A stretch of DNA of 63,967 nucleotides, counting the filler, from Hyphochytrium catenoides (taxonomy: Eukaryota; Protista; Hyphochytriomycota), in NCBI GenBank assembly GCA_900088475.1. It is 11 parts of 11 records of this genome, joined end to end, with 100 filler letters (N's around TTAATTAATTAA, not from the genome) between each part and the next. Parts side by side here need not be neighbours in the genome. Positions count along the whole stretch, not along the records: positions 1 to 18,864 come from FLMG01004325.1; 10 more parts are not named here. One strand, written 5' to 3'. Below, piece by piece: positions 1 to 13,379 of this stretch. Within the stretch, counting starts at the first letter, position 1. Each line of letters begins with the position of its first letter. The notes under the pieces are model-generated. The model had not been told where the DNA came from, made no database searches, and was given only the letters and a program-made list of their open reading frames with translations. A program made the position numbers and the translations under genes.

Positions 1-278
1 ACGGGGATGGGGGGGGGGGAGAGACCATCTTACGATGTTCGTATTTTTGAATCTGGCGGCAATAATAGTCGTCCTTACTTTGGTTGTACGGTTAGCTTTC
101 TGAGGAGTAGTAAGACCCGTACATGTTTTTCAACAAGTTTTTACGAAACGGTAGTTCAGGTTTGATTATCAGTTTTGCCTTTTGCCTTAGTAAAGATAGT
201 AACTGAGATTCGGTAACTAGCTCATTGAGCTTCAGAAATAAACCGATATACCGATATGACAGAGATTCAGATGATGTC

Positions 279-293
279 TCAAAGCTTCAGGCC
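279..293 (+). promoter_or_regulatory. Candidate upstream motif TCAAAGCTTCAGGCC (copy 1, before ZMAT2)
   Basis: An identical 15-mer lies on the minus strand at 7256-7270 upstream of THOC5, in the same orientation relative to that gene. Confidence 0.35.
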
Positions 294-430
294 TTCAAGT
301 CTCACTCTGCTGTGAGCTCCTGTCTGGAGGTAGAGGCCTAGAGCCCGCGTTCACTCCATCATATAGGTCTCTTAGCTACGGATAGTTCTCGGCCCTGCCA
401 TTTGTAGAGATCAGAGTTGGACCACGAAAG

Positions 431-2020
431 ATGAGCTCTGAGAAAGATAAGCGAGGGGCAGCCAATTTCACCAGGAGGACTTGGGACAGGGAGGCCTATG
501 CAAAGAAAGCCGAAGACAGAGAAAAGTTTGGAGATGTTAGTTGCACCACGGTATTACTTAATGATGATTCTCTCCAACTGACGTTTCTTTGTGGGTGCTG
601 CACAGGAGGCCGTGGAGTCCGTCAAGCCAAAGAAGAAAGATGTGGTCAAGGAGGAGTTTCGGGTTGTGCTGGAGGAGGGTCAGCCGGGGCCCGACGGGAT
701 GAAGCGAGCCTACCTGAAAGCGAGAGAGGAGAAAGTTGAACTGGACGATGTTGTGGGTACTACCAAGGTAAGAGGATCATCCGTCCCTCAGTCTGCGGCT
801 TTCCTGGTGTCAAAGCAAGCTTTATACCTTTAGAGACATGTTCCCTGCATCTCAGTGTCTGCTATAGATCGCCCCTGCTCGCAAATCTCTCGTCTTTCCT
901 CTTTATGTAAGCTCCTTAGCTCGCTGCTAACGGTCTTCCTCTTCACGCTTTTGCCCAGGTTGTTACTGGGGACAAAGGGGCGGGCGCTGGAGGCTTCTGG
1001 TGCGACCTATGCGAATGTCTTCTGAAGGATTCGGCATCGTATCTGGACCATATCAATGGAAAGAAACGTAAGTACTGTCAAGAGAAGGAGGAGCAGGAAA
1101 AAGGAAAGGAAGAGAAGATGTGAGAAAGATTATCAAGAAGGTAGCGGTATGGTGATCAGAGTGTAGGTCTCCTGGCACAGGTGGAGGCCCCTCAATATCT
1201 TACCTTAGGCTTTCTTGGCTGACCTCCATGCCCTGACAGCATTCATGATTCCTAAGTCCTCATCACCATGGTCTTACCTCTCATGATGTGCTCTCTCTCG
1301 CGCTCACTTCTACTGATGGCCCGCACTGCGGCCGCAGACTTGCGAAAACAGGGGTTTAGTACAAGGGTTGAGAGAGTGGGAGTGGACAAGGTGAAGAGTC
1401 GCTTGGAAGCTTTCAAGAAGAGAGCGAGCAATCCTGCGGGAAGCAACCCAGCCAATGCGCTAGCTGATATCCTTTTGCAACGCCACTCTGCTTTGTCCCT
1501 CGCCATCATCCTTCCTGCCCCACGTTTCTCATCTCTGCCTCTTTGCTATGGGGAAAATCTTTGGATTCCTTTTGCTCTTTTCTGCTTCTAGAGCACTCTT
1601 TCCTCATCGCCTTTGCAACTAACCCTCCTGGAGATCAGAACTGTCTCATGATGAGTACTTTCACTCATCCTCTCTCCCTCTCTGACTCTCTCTCTACCAT
1701 TGCTGCTACTTATGTTACTCAGCCTTCGCTGCTTCGCTTCCTACTGCGCTATCTGTCCCTTCCACTTTCCCGTATATACTGATCAAGAGCTCCAGCCACC
1801 AGTCATAGCGACCGTCCTTAACTCGTTGACACAATATGAACGACGTCTAAAGATGAGAGAGAACGAGGAGGAAGAAAACCGAAAGAAGAGAAAGTTGGAA
1901 AAGGAAGAAAAGAAGGAGAAGGAGAAAACATCCGTTGCCGAAGAAGACGAGGATGCCGCCAACCAAGAAATCTTTGCAATGATGGGAATAGCGGGCTTTG
2001 GAAGCAGTAAGAAGAGCTAG
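431..2020 (+). CDS. ZMAT2: Zinc finger matrin-type protein 2 / Snu23 (spliceosomal B-complex protein), 5 exons
   Basis: Spliced translation contains [12 protein letters not shown], the matrin finger [44 protein letters not shown] and the C-terminal [14 protein letters not shown]. Introns are GT-AG except a probable GC-AG last intron. Confidence 0.9.
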
Positions 2021-2916
2021 CCACCCTCTTACGCGTGGGAAAAGCCGCCTTAGAGGGCCAAGGATAGTTCCTATCATGAAGCAGATTTAAGCAGGAGGCT
2101 AGAGTCAGGAAGATGCGAACTCAAGGAAGAGACTCCAGTAGACTAAGCAGGCCATCCAACTGGACGATTTGACAGCGGCACTCGTGGTCCGTTCCGTTCT
2201 CTACATTGATAACGGACGAGGAGCCCTGAGTGTTGACGAATACTACTTCCGCCGACTCAGTTGATGCGCCGGTGCTGATTAATTACCCTCTGTGCTGAGA
2301 GGCCCAAGCAGCGTCACAGCTGATTGGTGACAGAGACCTAGCTATATCTCCCTCTCTCGTAGAAAGCTGGGCTGCTAGCAGCTCTGAAGGATGAGCGTAT
2401 CTGGCTCTAGTACGCACGCTACCCTCTTTGTCTTCTGGCGGCAAGCCTTTATGGAGCTATTTAACGTAATGTAACTGGTAAAATAGTACAGGGATTGCGT
2501 CAACTCATTTGTCAGTAGAGCCACTTAGCTGTGAGAGAGGTGTTCGTAGGGTTCGTGACCCCAGCGGGGGAAAATATTAGCACTTCCCCCTTTTTGACCG
2601 AGCGTTGCACTGTCAGTCAGTCACGGTGTGCGTGCTCCCGAGGGCACACAGGACAGCAGATAGACACGCTCACTTGAAACGGCGTACCTTTACGGTGAGT
2701 CCAGAGCCTGCACTCTGATTACCAGCCACCATTAGGAAAGAGAGAGAGGGCTTGAAGAGAGAGCGGAACCTACACAGAGCTTTCGCTTGAACGTGGAAGC
2801 AAGAGAGAGGTGAACAAGCAGGGAGGGAAGAAAGAAAGCGTAATGCTTGCTGCCGCGATATGAAGTCTGACAAACTTCATGTTATTTAGATAATATTATT
2901 GACAGCAGCTCTAGAG

Positions 2917-5900
2917 CTAACGCAGCGAGACCTCGGACTTGAAGGGCAGTTTCCTATCTCTTCCTCGTCTTGACCGTCCAAACGTCGGTTGATCCGCTTG
3001 TCCTAATACATCGAGGCAATGCTGGGCCGGCGGAGAGTTTGGAAAAGGAATAGGTCAACAGTGAGGGGCGGCAGGCAGCGTATTGCCAGAAGTAACGAAT
3101 GAAACAGGGAGAACAAGGACAGCCAAGAGGCCACGATGGGGGAGAGAAGGATAAAGAAGATGAGAGAGACCAAGAGTGTGTGTGTACGTGTGAGAGAGAG
3201 GGGAGGAGGGGGAGGGGGGGAAGAGGAGACGAAGGAGAGAGAAGAGAGAAAGAGAGAGCACAGATCTGTAAGAGAGGAGGAAAGAGAACATACGCCACTC
3301 GATGGCAATGACCGGCTTAACAATATGCGGTTTGCTTTACCTGAAGCTTTCTCAGCTGATGCGAAAGGACCCAATCCTCGCTCTCTTTAGGGCAAATGTC
3401 CCGATAGTAGGCATTGAGCTCAATCTCGATCTCCTGCGTGACAATCAGTAGGCTGTTATGTTTCTGCAGGCGCTATTCGTTCCGGCCAATCCTTTCTTCA
3501 ACCTTTCACTGGGGTTTATGTATGGTCTCGACGCCCAAGATCTCTCTCATCTGCCAATCTCTCTTCCATTAGCTATCTCTCATGCTCTCTCGGGCAAAGC
3601 CATTCGATGCGAGTCCTCCGGAGCATACCTTAAGCTGATTGTCCCATAGGTTAGCCTCGTTACTGCTGCCGCCTGCTCCTGGCTGCAGAAGGAAGCGCGG
3701 TGGTCTAAGAGGATACTCTGGGGAGATCTCTATGAAGGTTGTTATGGAACCTGGCCAAGGGAGCGAGAACAGGCGATCCATTAGTCTCTGCGACCAAAGC
3801 CTGTCTTACATGTCTTTCCTTCTCCTATTGCCTTTGCCTTTTATTTCTAGCCGCTTTCTCTCATGCAGATCTTTAAGTGTTCTATAGAACTCACGGCTTA
3901 CCCAGCCAGTCTTTTTGCTCACCACATTCTCACAAGGTAGAGGAGACGAGCATTACCTTTCTCTCTTCTAAAGATGGCTCTATAATATTGATAACCTCCA
4001 AATTCTGGGTCAATCCTCTCTTCCTCCGCCAACGCCTCCTTACTCGGTGAGGCTGCGAATGCCTCTCTAGCATGTGAATACTCCGTCCACGCAGTAAGTT
4101 GACAAGTGTGAGAGGAAGGGAACAGAGGGACAGCAGAAGGCTGGACTGGGATGGGATTCGGGCACGAGATAAGAGTCTTGATCTGCTGCTGCAAGATAAG
4201 AAAAGAATTGTACCGTCTGGTAATCTATAGAAAACAAAGAGAAGACTCTCAGTGACTAGCAAGGTCAACCCAGTGACATTACAGCGTACTCCCAATCTCT
4301 GATTCTCTCCCCGCCAATCCGTACAGGTCCATCTCGGTCCCACAACCCCGCTTGCTTTCAAAAGGACCTCGTCGTTCCGATGTCATCGAGACTCTGGCCC
4401 TTCGACCTATCCGCTATTTTCTATGAAGTATGGAAAGCAGCCCTGTCTATCTCTTCACTAACCTTCTGGACAACAGCCTTGACTGAGATCTCAGGCTTGA
4501 GAGAAAGATGTGAAGGAAGAGAATAGATACCGCTAACCCACTGCAGCCAGTAGTACGGTCTTCCTATTAGGTCCGTAGGGACTCTCGTCTCACTTTCCGG
4601 CGTGTAAGAAGGCTCGCTGACTGCTGGGATCTTATCGCCCAAATCGGCCGGGAAGAGACTGATAAGGAGGAACGGGAAGCCTTCTGCCTGCAATGTAAGT
4701 TAGACGGTTTTGAAGAGTCACCTCGTCTGTTCTCCTCCTTCAATAAATTACTTGTGCTGCCCTCCCCCTTTCCATCTGGTGTCACTGACCTCGGCAGTTA
4801 CTACTTTGAGCTTTGGATGGTAGCGGAACCTGATCTTCAGAGGCTTTTCTGGGTGCTTGATGACCAGAGACACAGCGACAGAATGGCAAGCGAACAAAGA
4901 GGAGATTTGTGCTTCTCTCTTTTTCGCATCTCTCGAGGAACCTTTGTCATCCTTGCTTCTTCTTCTACTGTTGGCACCTGAGTCCAGGACTACCTCCGAC
5001 GACACCTCTTCCAGGTCTATCTTAACTGTCTCCTCTACATGAGCAACAGCAAGGAGTTAGGGTCGCAATCTAACTCTGCTCTGGGGAGCAATCGTTGAGG
5101 GTATGTAGGCAAACATGACGCGGAGCGACAATCGCTCAGTGCGGAAAGCAGAGAGCGGGTAGAGGAGAGCTAGAGGGTGTGGCCATCAAACGATGCGAGA
5201 TCTCCAGGCTATGGAGGAACAAATAATGCATGAAAGGAATGATGAACGACAGAATGCTAAGCAAAGCTTGGAGACAAGTTAGGGGAGATGTATGAAGCTC
5301 TACCGTATGCATCTGAGTACGCCTCCAAACGCGTGTAGAGCACAAAGAGCGGTTGAGGAAGGTCTGGAACCTGCGCCTGGCGCGTAAGGCGTTGAGATGT
5401 GGAGATGCCGAAGTACTGCTGGAGACCTTCGGTGGCCTAGAGGCGAGAGAAGAAGAGCCGTGAGCTTGTCGACCAACACAAGAGAGAGAGAGCAAAAAGG
5501 AAAATAGCGTGGTAGCTGAGGCTTGAAGGAACGATGGGTATAAGAGCTCTTGCTGAAGAGAACATCTGAAAAATGGTAAGAAAGACAAGAAGATAGGGCG
5601 ATATAGGTCTTGACGCGAGGACTTTGTATGAGAAGAGCATGGTCCAAATGTGCAGACACCTTTTCAATCGTCTGAAGCTGCTCAGGAAGGTTCTCCAGGA
5701 AGCTCTGCTTACTCTCCACCTCAGTCTCCAGCGCTTTCAATCTAGAGTTCAGCTCCTCAATCTCTTTCCTGAGCCTGTTTAGCCGTTAGCACGATGGAAC
5801 CGAAGATAATCAGATGCTGAGTAACATGGTCCAGGGCCGTCAACGGAGACAGTGAGCTAAAGAACCAGCCAATAAGAGCAGATAATATCCAGAAAAGAAG

Positions 5901-7020
5901 CAACACCAGGTTAACGGCTGAGCATTTGCCTTTACCGAAGAACACAGCTTTGAAGATGGAGCTCCCCAGCTTACAAGAAGCGCACAATGGCCAAGAGAAA
6001 GTAAGGATAACCTTAAGAATGAAGAGCTATCTTCGAAGGAAACAGAACAAGAGAACGCATGCGTGCCCAGGATGGTCTCCGTACTCAATATCGATGGTGA
6101 GCTTACCTCTTACGGCCCTCAAGCTCCAAAGCCAGGCGCCTGAGGTGCTTGGCGTAGACAGCATTGTCTGTCGTGTGAAGCGAGGAGGGGGTGATAACCT
6201 CGTCGAAGGCTATCTTATCCATCTCCTTCGTGCTGAGAGCGTAGTAGAAAGACCGGGAGAGGCAGAGAAAGGGTTAAGCATTATGTGAAGAAGGGGAGAC
6301 GACTTCCAATCGCAAGAGGGCGACGAAAGACCACGCGTTACCACATCCAAGGGGCACAAGGAATGCCATAGAGTAGAGTTAATAGAGGCAAGAACCACAC
6401 ATAGACGCAAGAAGCAACGGAGAAGAGGCAGAGAGGCGGGATAACCATCAAGGATCAGCAAAAAGCGTAGGGAGGTTGTCCTTCAAGAGGGATGACGGAG
6501 GTCGAAAGGAGCCTCCTCTTTCTTCTTTCTCTCCTATTAAACATTCTCTCACCTCTGTCTCTCTCTCTCTCTTTAACCTACCTGAATTGCCTGCTGACTT
6601 GTATCTCATGAAGTAGATGGTTCTCTTCGTATTGGAGGTTCCTCAGCTGTAGTTGCCGCGACTCAATATTGTTCTTCGTCTCACTGAGCTTCAGCTTGAA
6701 GCCCTCAGCACCCAGTCGTGACTGGCGGTCAAGAGATTTTAGCTCTATAAGGAGCATGGCGATATCAGCCTTCCTCTTCTGGAGCTCTAACCGGTCCTCC
6801 TCTCTACTAGTCTAATAAGGAGAGCAAGCCAAGGTCAGCGTGATTGCATGCGGCCTACAGCTCTCACTGCTTTGTCGGAGGAGCGGGCCCTTACGTTTTT
6901 TAACGTTGCTATTTTTAAGAGATCTTCTTGAAGAAGGTTGGAAACGAAGGTAAAACGCTCCAAAGTATGCGGGAGCCCTTCAGAGTTCTCATGACACCGC
7001 GACGCGTCTTGGTAAACCAT
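2917..7020 (-). CDS. THOC5: THO complex subunit 5 (FMIP family), multi-exon
   Basis: Exons give QLQLRNLQYEENHLLHEIQVSRQF, HLRRLALELEGRKRL, LPQPLFVLY, IRFRYHPKLKVVT, LFPADLG..GRPYYWLQWVSG, ISPEYPLRPPRF, WVLSHQLRKLQHCLDV and RRGRDRKLPF, in THOC5 order with GT-AG boundaries. Confidence 0.85.
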
Positions 7021-7255
7021 CGTTAGCCGAAGGTTCACCGGATGACGTTCACTAAGTCGCTAAGTCTGCTGGAAAGCACCGAGGACGGCTAATTAGCCTT
7101 AATTCAAAGTCCGACGCCTCTTATAAGCACATATCCAGTCTGCATCAGCCAGTTTCTGGGAGGCTATCTTAAAGCGGAGCTCGAAATGAGAGCTTCATAA
7201 CGAGGGCCGATAACGTAGATCTGTGATGAAGATCTGAAGATTTCAGATAATTATT

Positions 7256-7270
7256 GGCCTGAAGCTTTGA
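7256..7270 (-). promoter_or_regulatory. Candidate upstream motif TCAAAGCTTCAGGCC (copy 2, before THOC5)
   Basis: Exact reverse-complement match to 279-293, in a tract rich in CTGAAG and AGATCT. Confidence 0.35.
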
Positions 7271-8964
7271 TCATCGGCATTCTAGCCGTTAACGCTCAGA
7301 ACTTGCCCTTCTTGCAGTGCAACTTCCTGCTTCGCTCTGTCCTGTGAACAGCTCTGGGAGTGATCTGAAGCGCAGAGAGAAGCGGCAGCAGGATGAAGGA
7401 GCAGACCTTTGCGGTGTTGATGAGGCTCAACCTCACTTCTATGACGTTGGTCGGGTCCCAAAGGTTCAGCAGCAATCCCTATGGGTCTGCAATCCCTCGT
7501 TGAAGTGCTGGAGGTAAGCGTTAGAATGACACTTGTGGTTCATTGCGAGGTTGACCCCTCTCTAGGCTGGCGTCAGGCGGTGGCTATTTTTGCGTGGTGC
7601 TCTCTATCCTTTCCTCCAGCTCTACGCGTCCTCTTCCCTGGTCTTTCATGTCCTCTCCTTTGGCGACTACGCAGACGTCTGTCGGCGTGCTGCATTGGCC
7701 ACTAAGCTAAGCGGTATAGCAGCGGACGTATTGCTGTCCTCTTCTTCATTTGCGAGGACCGGTTACACTATAGCCAAAGAGATCAGTCGTCTCATCATTG
7801 GTCCCAATATAAAGTTTGGTGACGCGTGTTACTTCTCCGTCAGTCCTGCCTTTAGCCTTTGCGTTACGGACCCAGGTTAGCTTTGCACCCTTGTCGTTCT
7901 ATGGGAAGTGAGTTCGTACTTTGCTCGGAACTCTTCGGCTGGGCAATCGTTCGACTTGTGAAGTTCGGGGCGAAAGGTGGTCAACTTTCGCTGCGATCGC
8001 TATCCCGAGACTGCAGTGTGGGCCGCCGCCGTAATTGTATGCTGGTTGTCCATTCTCAGTTCTCCTTGACTATTCACGATAAGGATAACTCTGGGAACTC
8101 TGGAAGCGACTCGCTCCGGATGGCTGGCGTGCTCCTTCCTCTTGAAGAAGCCTGACGCTGTCTGCGGTTGATGAAGTTGTCCTTCGTCCTTGTCCTCCAT
8201 TCTTCCTCCCATCATTATACTTGGTTTTCGTGTCCCCTTCTACTTCCTCCCGGTCATAGGACGGATGGCTGATGTTTTCTCTTCTCGCACGAAGATGAAG
8301 AAGATGGTGATGCCGGCCCTAGTGCTTTCCCGAGGCAGCTCTTTGCCTTCGGCCCTACTTGAAGTGTCTTCTTCCTTTTATCTTGTTTCTTCTTATCTTC
8401 AATAGTTTACTTAGCCAAAGCTAGTAAAGAGCTCTACCAGCACTGACTCTGTGGGCCATCTGTGATTTCTAAAGGAGCGACTAAGCAAATGCTCCTAAAT
8501 AAGAGAACTACTGCTTTGCCTGACATGAACCAGCTTTATCGCGCCCTTAGAGTCACTAGCATTGAAGGCACAGCATTGGTCATAAGTGCTGCTATTAGTC
8601 CTTGACGGAGCTGTCGTTCGCATTCTGCAGCAGTGAAAGTCTTTGTTGTCGGTTCCTACCTAGCCATGTAATGAAGAGAAAGCCGGTTGAACATCATTGC
8701 ACCCACTAAATTGCTATAAGAGCAAGTTAAGTGAGGTTGATGGAACTCCTCTCATGTATATCCTTGACCTTACCTCGCCCACAGATAGACTATGCATAAA
8801 AAGATAAGCAGACATCACAGTCCGTAGAGCTTGACTGCTTTTCAAAAAGCCAATGTGGAGATTTACTTTCCACCGCCATAGTGGAAGACGTAAGTCCAGC
8901 AGCTTCCGGTCGCTGACAATTTGTTGCCTGCCAGAAACTGGCTCATCTGGACCGAAAGATGCTG

Positions 8965-9226
8965 CTCGATGGCATCGCAGATTTATTGGGACCCGTTCAG
9001 GGAGTCATAGGGTGAGATTTGGCGACCATCTGTGTTAGCTTCTCCCTGTACCCCGTGGGTTCGCATTATCTAGGGGACCTTGAAACTCTGCGATGGCATC
9101 GCTTGGCCACTTCTCAACGGCAAAAATGGGAACCATTGGATTTGCGAGAAGTTAAAATTTGACGGTCGCCGAATCGCATACTGTGACTCCCTGAACGGGT
9201 CCCAATATTTCTGCGAAGCCACCGAG
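8965..9226. mobile_element. MITE-like non-autonomous element with ~100-bp imperfect terminal inverted repeats
   Basis: The left arm ctcgatggcatcgcaga.. matches the reverse complement of the right arm, with a perfect 24-bp core tattgggacccgttcagggagtca. The right end is followed by TA and the left end preceded by TG. No coding capacity. Confidence 0.6.
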
Positions 9227-9998
9227 TACTGCTCTTAGCTGAGGCAGATTTGGCTTCTTTCCAGCGGCTTGAAGGCAGACATCTCGTTCAGGTACTTGTA
9301 GCATTGACAAAATCGATCTGCGTCTTTGGCTTTAAGGATTAACCCTTTGGCTAGGTTCCATCGACTGGTTGACAAAAATCTTTTCGTTGAAGATTCACTT
9401 GTGAGGCCTTGGGAGGCGACAGGGGTGCACTTTCATAATCCCCATGTCTAGAGATCTCGCTTGGAAGAACTCTGCCTCTCTTTCGCTGTCTTTCATCTAG
9501 AGCATCCTTCATCAGATGGCAGATGTCTGTCTCAAAAGCTGGCCGAGGCGCTATAATCCTTCATCCTTGGCCGGGGCTGTCTGTCAGCTCTGCTGCCGCG
9601 TCTTCAGAAGAAAAAGACAAGGAAAATGATCTTCGATCGGCGATAGGTACACCAGGATCCAGAGACACATCACCGCTCACGCACAGTCTGATAACTGAGT
9701 AATAAGTTATCATTGAATGCGATCTGTTCGGCTAGTTCTGTTGCGCCTGTGTCTTCTTCTCCTATCTCCTCTCTCTCTCACATCAACAGCAGAGCTCTGC
9801 TTGAAAAACGGAGCTCACGCATCTGAATCTTCTCCAGACGCGGCTGCATTCTTTGCTTTGCGTTGGTGCATGCACATCCATTGGGCAGGCAGCTGCATAC
9901 CGTGCATCTGAGAGGTGTGGAGCACATCCTGAAGGGTACGTGCAGAAGACAGTCCGAGCGTTGAGGCCCCCTATAGGGTGGCCGCAAGAAGTGAGGTG

Positions 9999-12737
9999 AT
10001 GGCTTTCGATCCGCTAACCTTACTCCGAGATGCCGCGATCGCGGGAGATCTTGCTGATGTCAAAGAAGAAGGCGACGAGATCATCTTTGGGTCTCATCGA
10101 TTCAGCAAAGAAGCACCTACACGGGTCAAGCCGAAGGATGGCAGCTCCAACTATTCCCTCTGGGCTGTATATACGTGCCTAAAGTTTGCCGAAGAGCAGT
10201 ATGCCGTGTATATCAACCACTGCAGAAAGAACAAGATAACCCGTGTCCCAGCACTAGAGAGGTCACAGCGGCTCCCTTCTTCTTCATGCTCCGATAGCGT
10301 CTGCTCTGGTCCACTCTCTCTCTCTCTCAATCTATGTTCGTCATTTGCTCTACCTTACCCTCGCATGGCGTGAGTTCCTCTTCATCCCTCTGCCCGTCCT
10401 AGCAGTATTGAGACTAAAGTTAGGCATATTATAGGAAGGACTTACTGTCGTATCTGACGGGAAAGTCGAGTACGCTGAGTCAGGTGAGGCTCAAGCTACT
10501 GCCACCGAAGAAGAATGACTCCTAGCCTCCTATCCATCTCTCTGTTCCTTGCCGTATCGTAAGTCTTACTCTTCCTTTCCTCTACATCTCTTCTCCATTC
10601 TTCCGCTTCTCTGCTATTTGTGGCACTCGCAGTTGGAGACCAGTTCTGTCATTGCGCCAGAGACTGAGAGCAGGGTTGCAAAGCGTCAGCGAGTAGATGA
10701 ATCGGCTCCTCAGGCGCAAGAGAGGGACGAAGGGCTAAGGTATGCCGCACTTTATTGCCGCTTCCTTAGATCTGACCAATGATAGAGAATTTTGGTAGGG
10801 GTGAGGCCGATCAGAAGACTCCACAGGGCCAGGAAGTGCGAGCTGAAGGCTATAGCTCAGCCAAGAAAGAGCTAGAGCTGTCGACTAGGTCTTCGATATT
10901 ACATAGCAAAGGAAAGGTGAGGCCCTTATCAGGTTGCTTCTCTCTAAACGGCACTTCATCGTCCGCATCCTTGCGTGTTGCACACTATCACGATCGCCTT
11001 TCTGTCCCTCGGGACATCACTCTCGCCAGCAACACCTACCGCTCCATCACTCTTTCTGTCCTCTCTTCCTTTTGTGCGAACCTTTTGTCTCCTTTCCTGG
11101 CTATTGCCGACTGCTATTGGCTTATATGGTTCACTGCCTAGGCAACTGGCCCTTTGTCCCTTGTATTCTTCAGGCTTGCCATTTGGCTTCCCGCCCTATC
11201 TTGTCTTTCTGGTTTTTCCTAAAAAGTGGGGGTTGAGTCCTGGCCCTTCTGCCCTTTCGTACCTGCCTTTATTCCTCTTTGTCAATCTCCACGGTCTTCA
11301 CTGGATGTACGCGTATCTCCGGTTTAATGCTCTCGTTTGCATTGGGCTCACTCTTTGCTGAGGTAGAACTTCAGTAGAGTGCTTGATATTTTCCAAGCTG
11401 TCAAGAGGGCAGGACGGGCTGATGCAGCATTGGCCGCGCGGAACGCGAAGAGTTCTTCTACGACCCCTGCTAAGGCGACACCAGCTAAACAATATCCAGG
11501 TAAGAAACTGCCCCTCTTCTGCGCGGTTGATCCCTTATTTGGCTGGCTTCTGGTCGCTGGATATCTTCGACCCTGCCTTTTGATCTACCATCCTAATCTG
11601 TAAGGTGCCCAGGAACCCCTATCATCGTGGTTCCAGCTGCCACAAGCACCACGATAGCCCTTCCCAATGTCAAAGACTTCTTAGAGAACGGAGTGTAAGC
11701 GATTGTTACCTAATCTGTTCTCTTCCTAGTCCATTAATGTGGCACCTCGGCCTATTCCATGAACAGGCACTTTGGTCTGTTCCCCTTTATGCCCGAGTGT
11801 CTCCCGACGCTGTGCCTCTCTTTCTTGGTGTGCCGTTCTCCTCATCGGCTTGATTTAAGCTCAGTGAGCAAAAAGCCTAACTAGCACTTTTAGGTTTATT
11901 CCCATCGCGGAGAAGTTGAAGGGTCAGATGGAGAGAGTGACTTCCGTGCGGGTGAAGCATTCAAACTCTGCTGGCCTTCCTCAAGAGTTCGAAGTCGTGG
12001 ATAATATTAATAGACTGACATACAAGCACTGGTAAGCACTGAGGGGGAGCAAAGAAGGCCGATAGTTTGCAATCAAGGGACGTCTGGGGACACTCTTAGC
12101 GTCATCGCACGGAGCTATTGCCCTTCTTATATCCGTAGATGTGCCTCTTGAGATTGATCTCTATTCAATAAGCCTCGAGAAGGACTGTTGCGTGAGGCTC
12201 TCAGCCTTTCTGTCCCTTAGGAACCGCGTGGTAGCTGTCTTTGTTCAAGGCCCGGCGTGGCAGTTCAAGGGCTGGAAGTGGCCATCCCCCACAGAAGTGC
12301 TCGAAAAAGGTGCGAGGACGTCCTTTTTGGCCTTCCTTCCCGCCAGGATATGCTCATCTATCGCGCACCGCAGTGCTTGGTATCTATGTTAAGTATGCCG
12401 ATGCGCAACCTGACCCAAATATTCCCAAATGGAATGTGACCACCGTCCAGGTAAGCGTCATGCTGGCGGTTCTTTAGCCCTTAGGCCACTTGTCTCTCTC
12501 TCTCTCTTCTAACTTCAATTTATCAATGTTTCCATATCTTGAGCATTGTCTCTGTCGTTTCGTCCATCACTTTTTTTCGACCTCGCTTCCTCACCACATT
12601 CCGACCCTAACCGTCCGCGGGGACAGGTGCACAAGCATCTTCGGCATCACGATGTCGTGGCGTCTAATGAGATTTGGAAGGAGATTGAGCAGCATATGAA
12701 GGTCAAGAGGCCAGAGTTCATCTTATCAAGCAGATAA
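9999..12737 (+). CDS. CDC73: Parafibromin / Cdc73 (PAF1 complex), multi-exon
   Basis: [95 protein letters not shown]. All traced introns are GT-AG with consistent phases. Confidence 0.92.
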
Positions 12738-13379
12738 TAGACGTTTCTTTCTCCACTTTGCGGGCTCTCCTGGCGCAGAGCGTGGAGGGTTATCAATGGG
12801 GAATAACGTCGGGGCAGGGCTGGTGTCGGGGAAGGGCAAAGAGTCTGGGTTAGGAGCTAAGATGCGAACCGAAAGAGACGGAAAGGCTAGGGAGAGGCCA
12901 CCAACTCACGGTTGCCTCTTTACTCCGAGTCTACAGTGTCATTGGCCATTCTCCCTTTGACAGATGTGTCTCATGCATCAGAACCTTCTTTCTGAAGTCA
13001 GTTTCCTCTCTCTGCCAAGATTGGCGGACTAGTAAGGTGTAAAGTGGCGATAGGCGACTCAATCATCCACGAGATCACACGGCTTGGGGTCAGATGGGAT
13101 TTTATTAGGTGTGGCAGCGCCTCTATAGGGTTATAAGAACACAACCACTGAGTGCTAAAATAGCTCTATACCGCTGGATAACACCAGCTACAAGGGCGAC
13201 GATGATTATAAGGAGCCTGTTGGCCAGGCTTCTTTTCCTGATGGCTACCCGTGCTTCGCTGTCTAAGCACCAACTGAGCTATCGTGATGTGCAGATGACC
13301 ANNNNNNNNNNNNNNNNNNNNNAGAGAAATAGAGCAGACGAGGCTATAGAGAGAAGGGGCGGGGGCTTCGAAGCACCAT

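Noticed and set aside
2560-2650. Small hairpins (ggggg..ccccc, gtgtgc..gcacac) between convergent ZMAT2 and THOC5
   Set aside because: Stems are too short to exceed chance, with no snoRNA boxes or element termini recognised.
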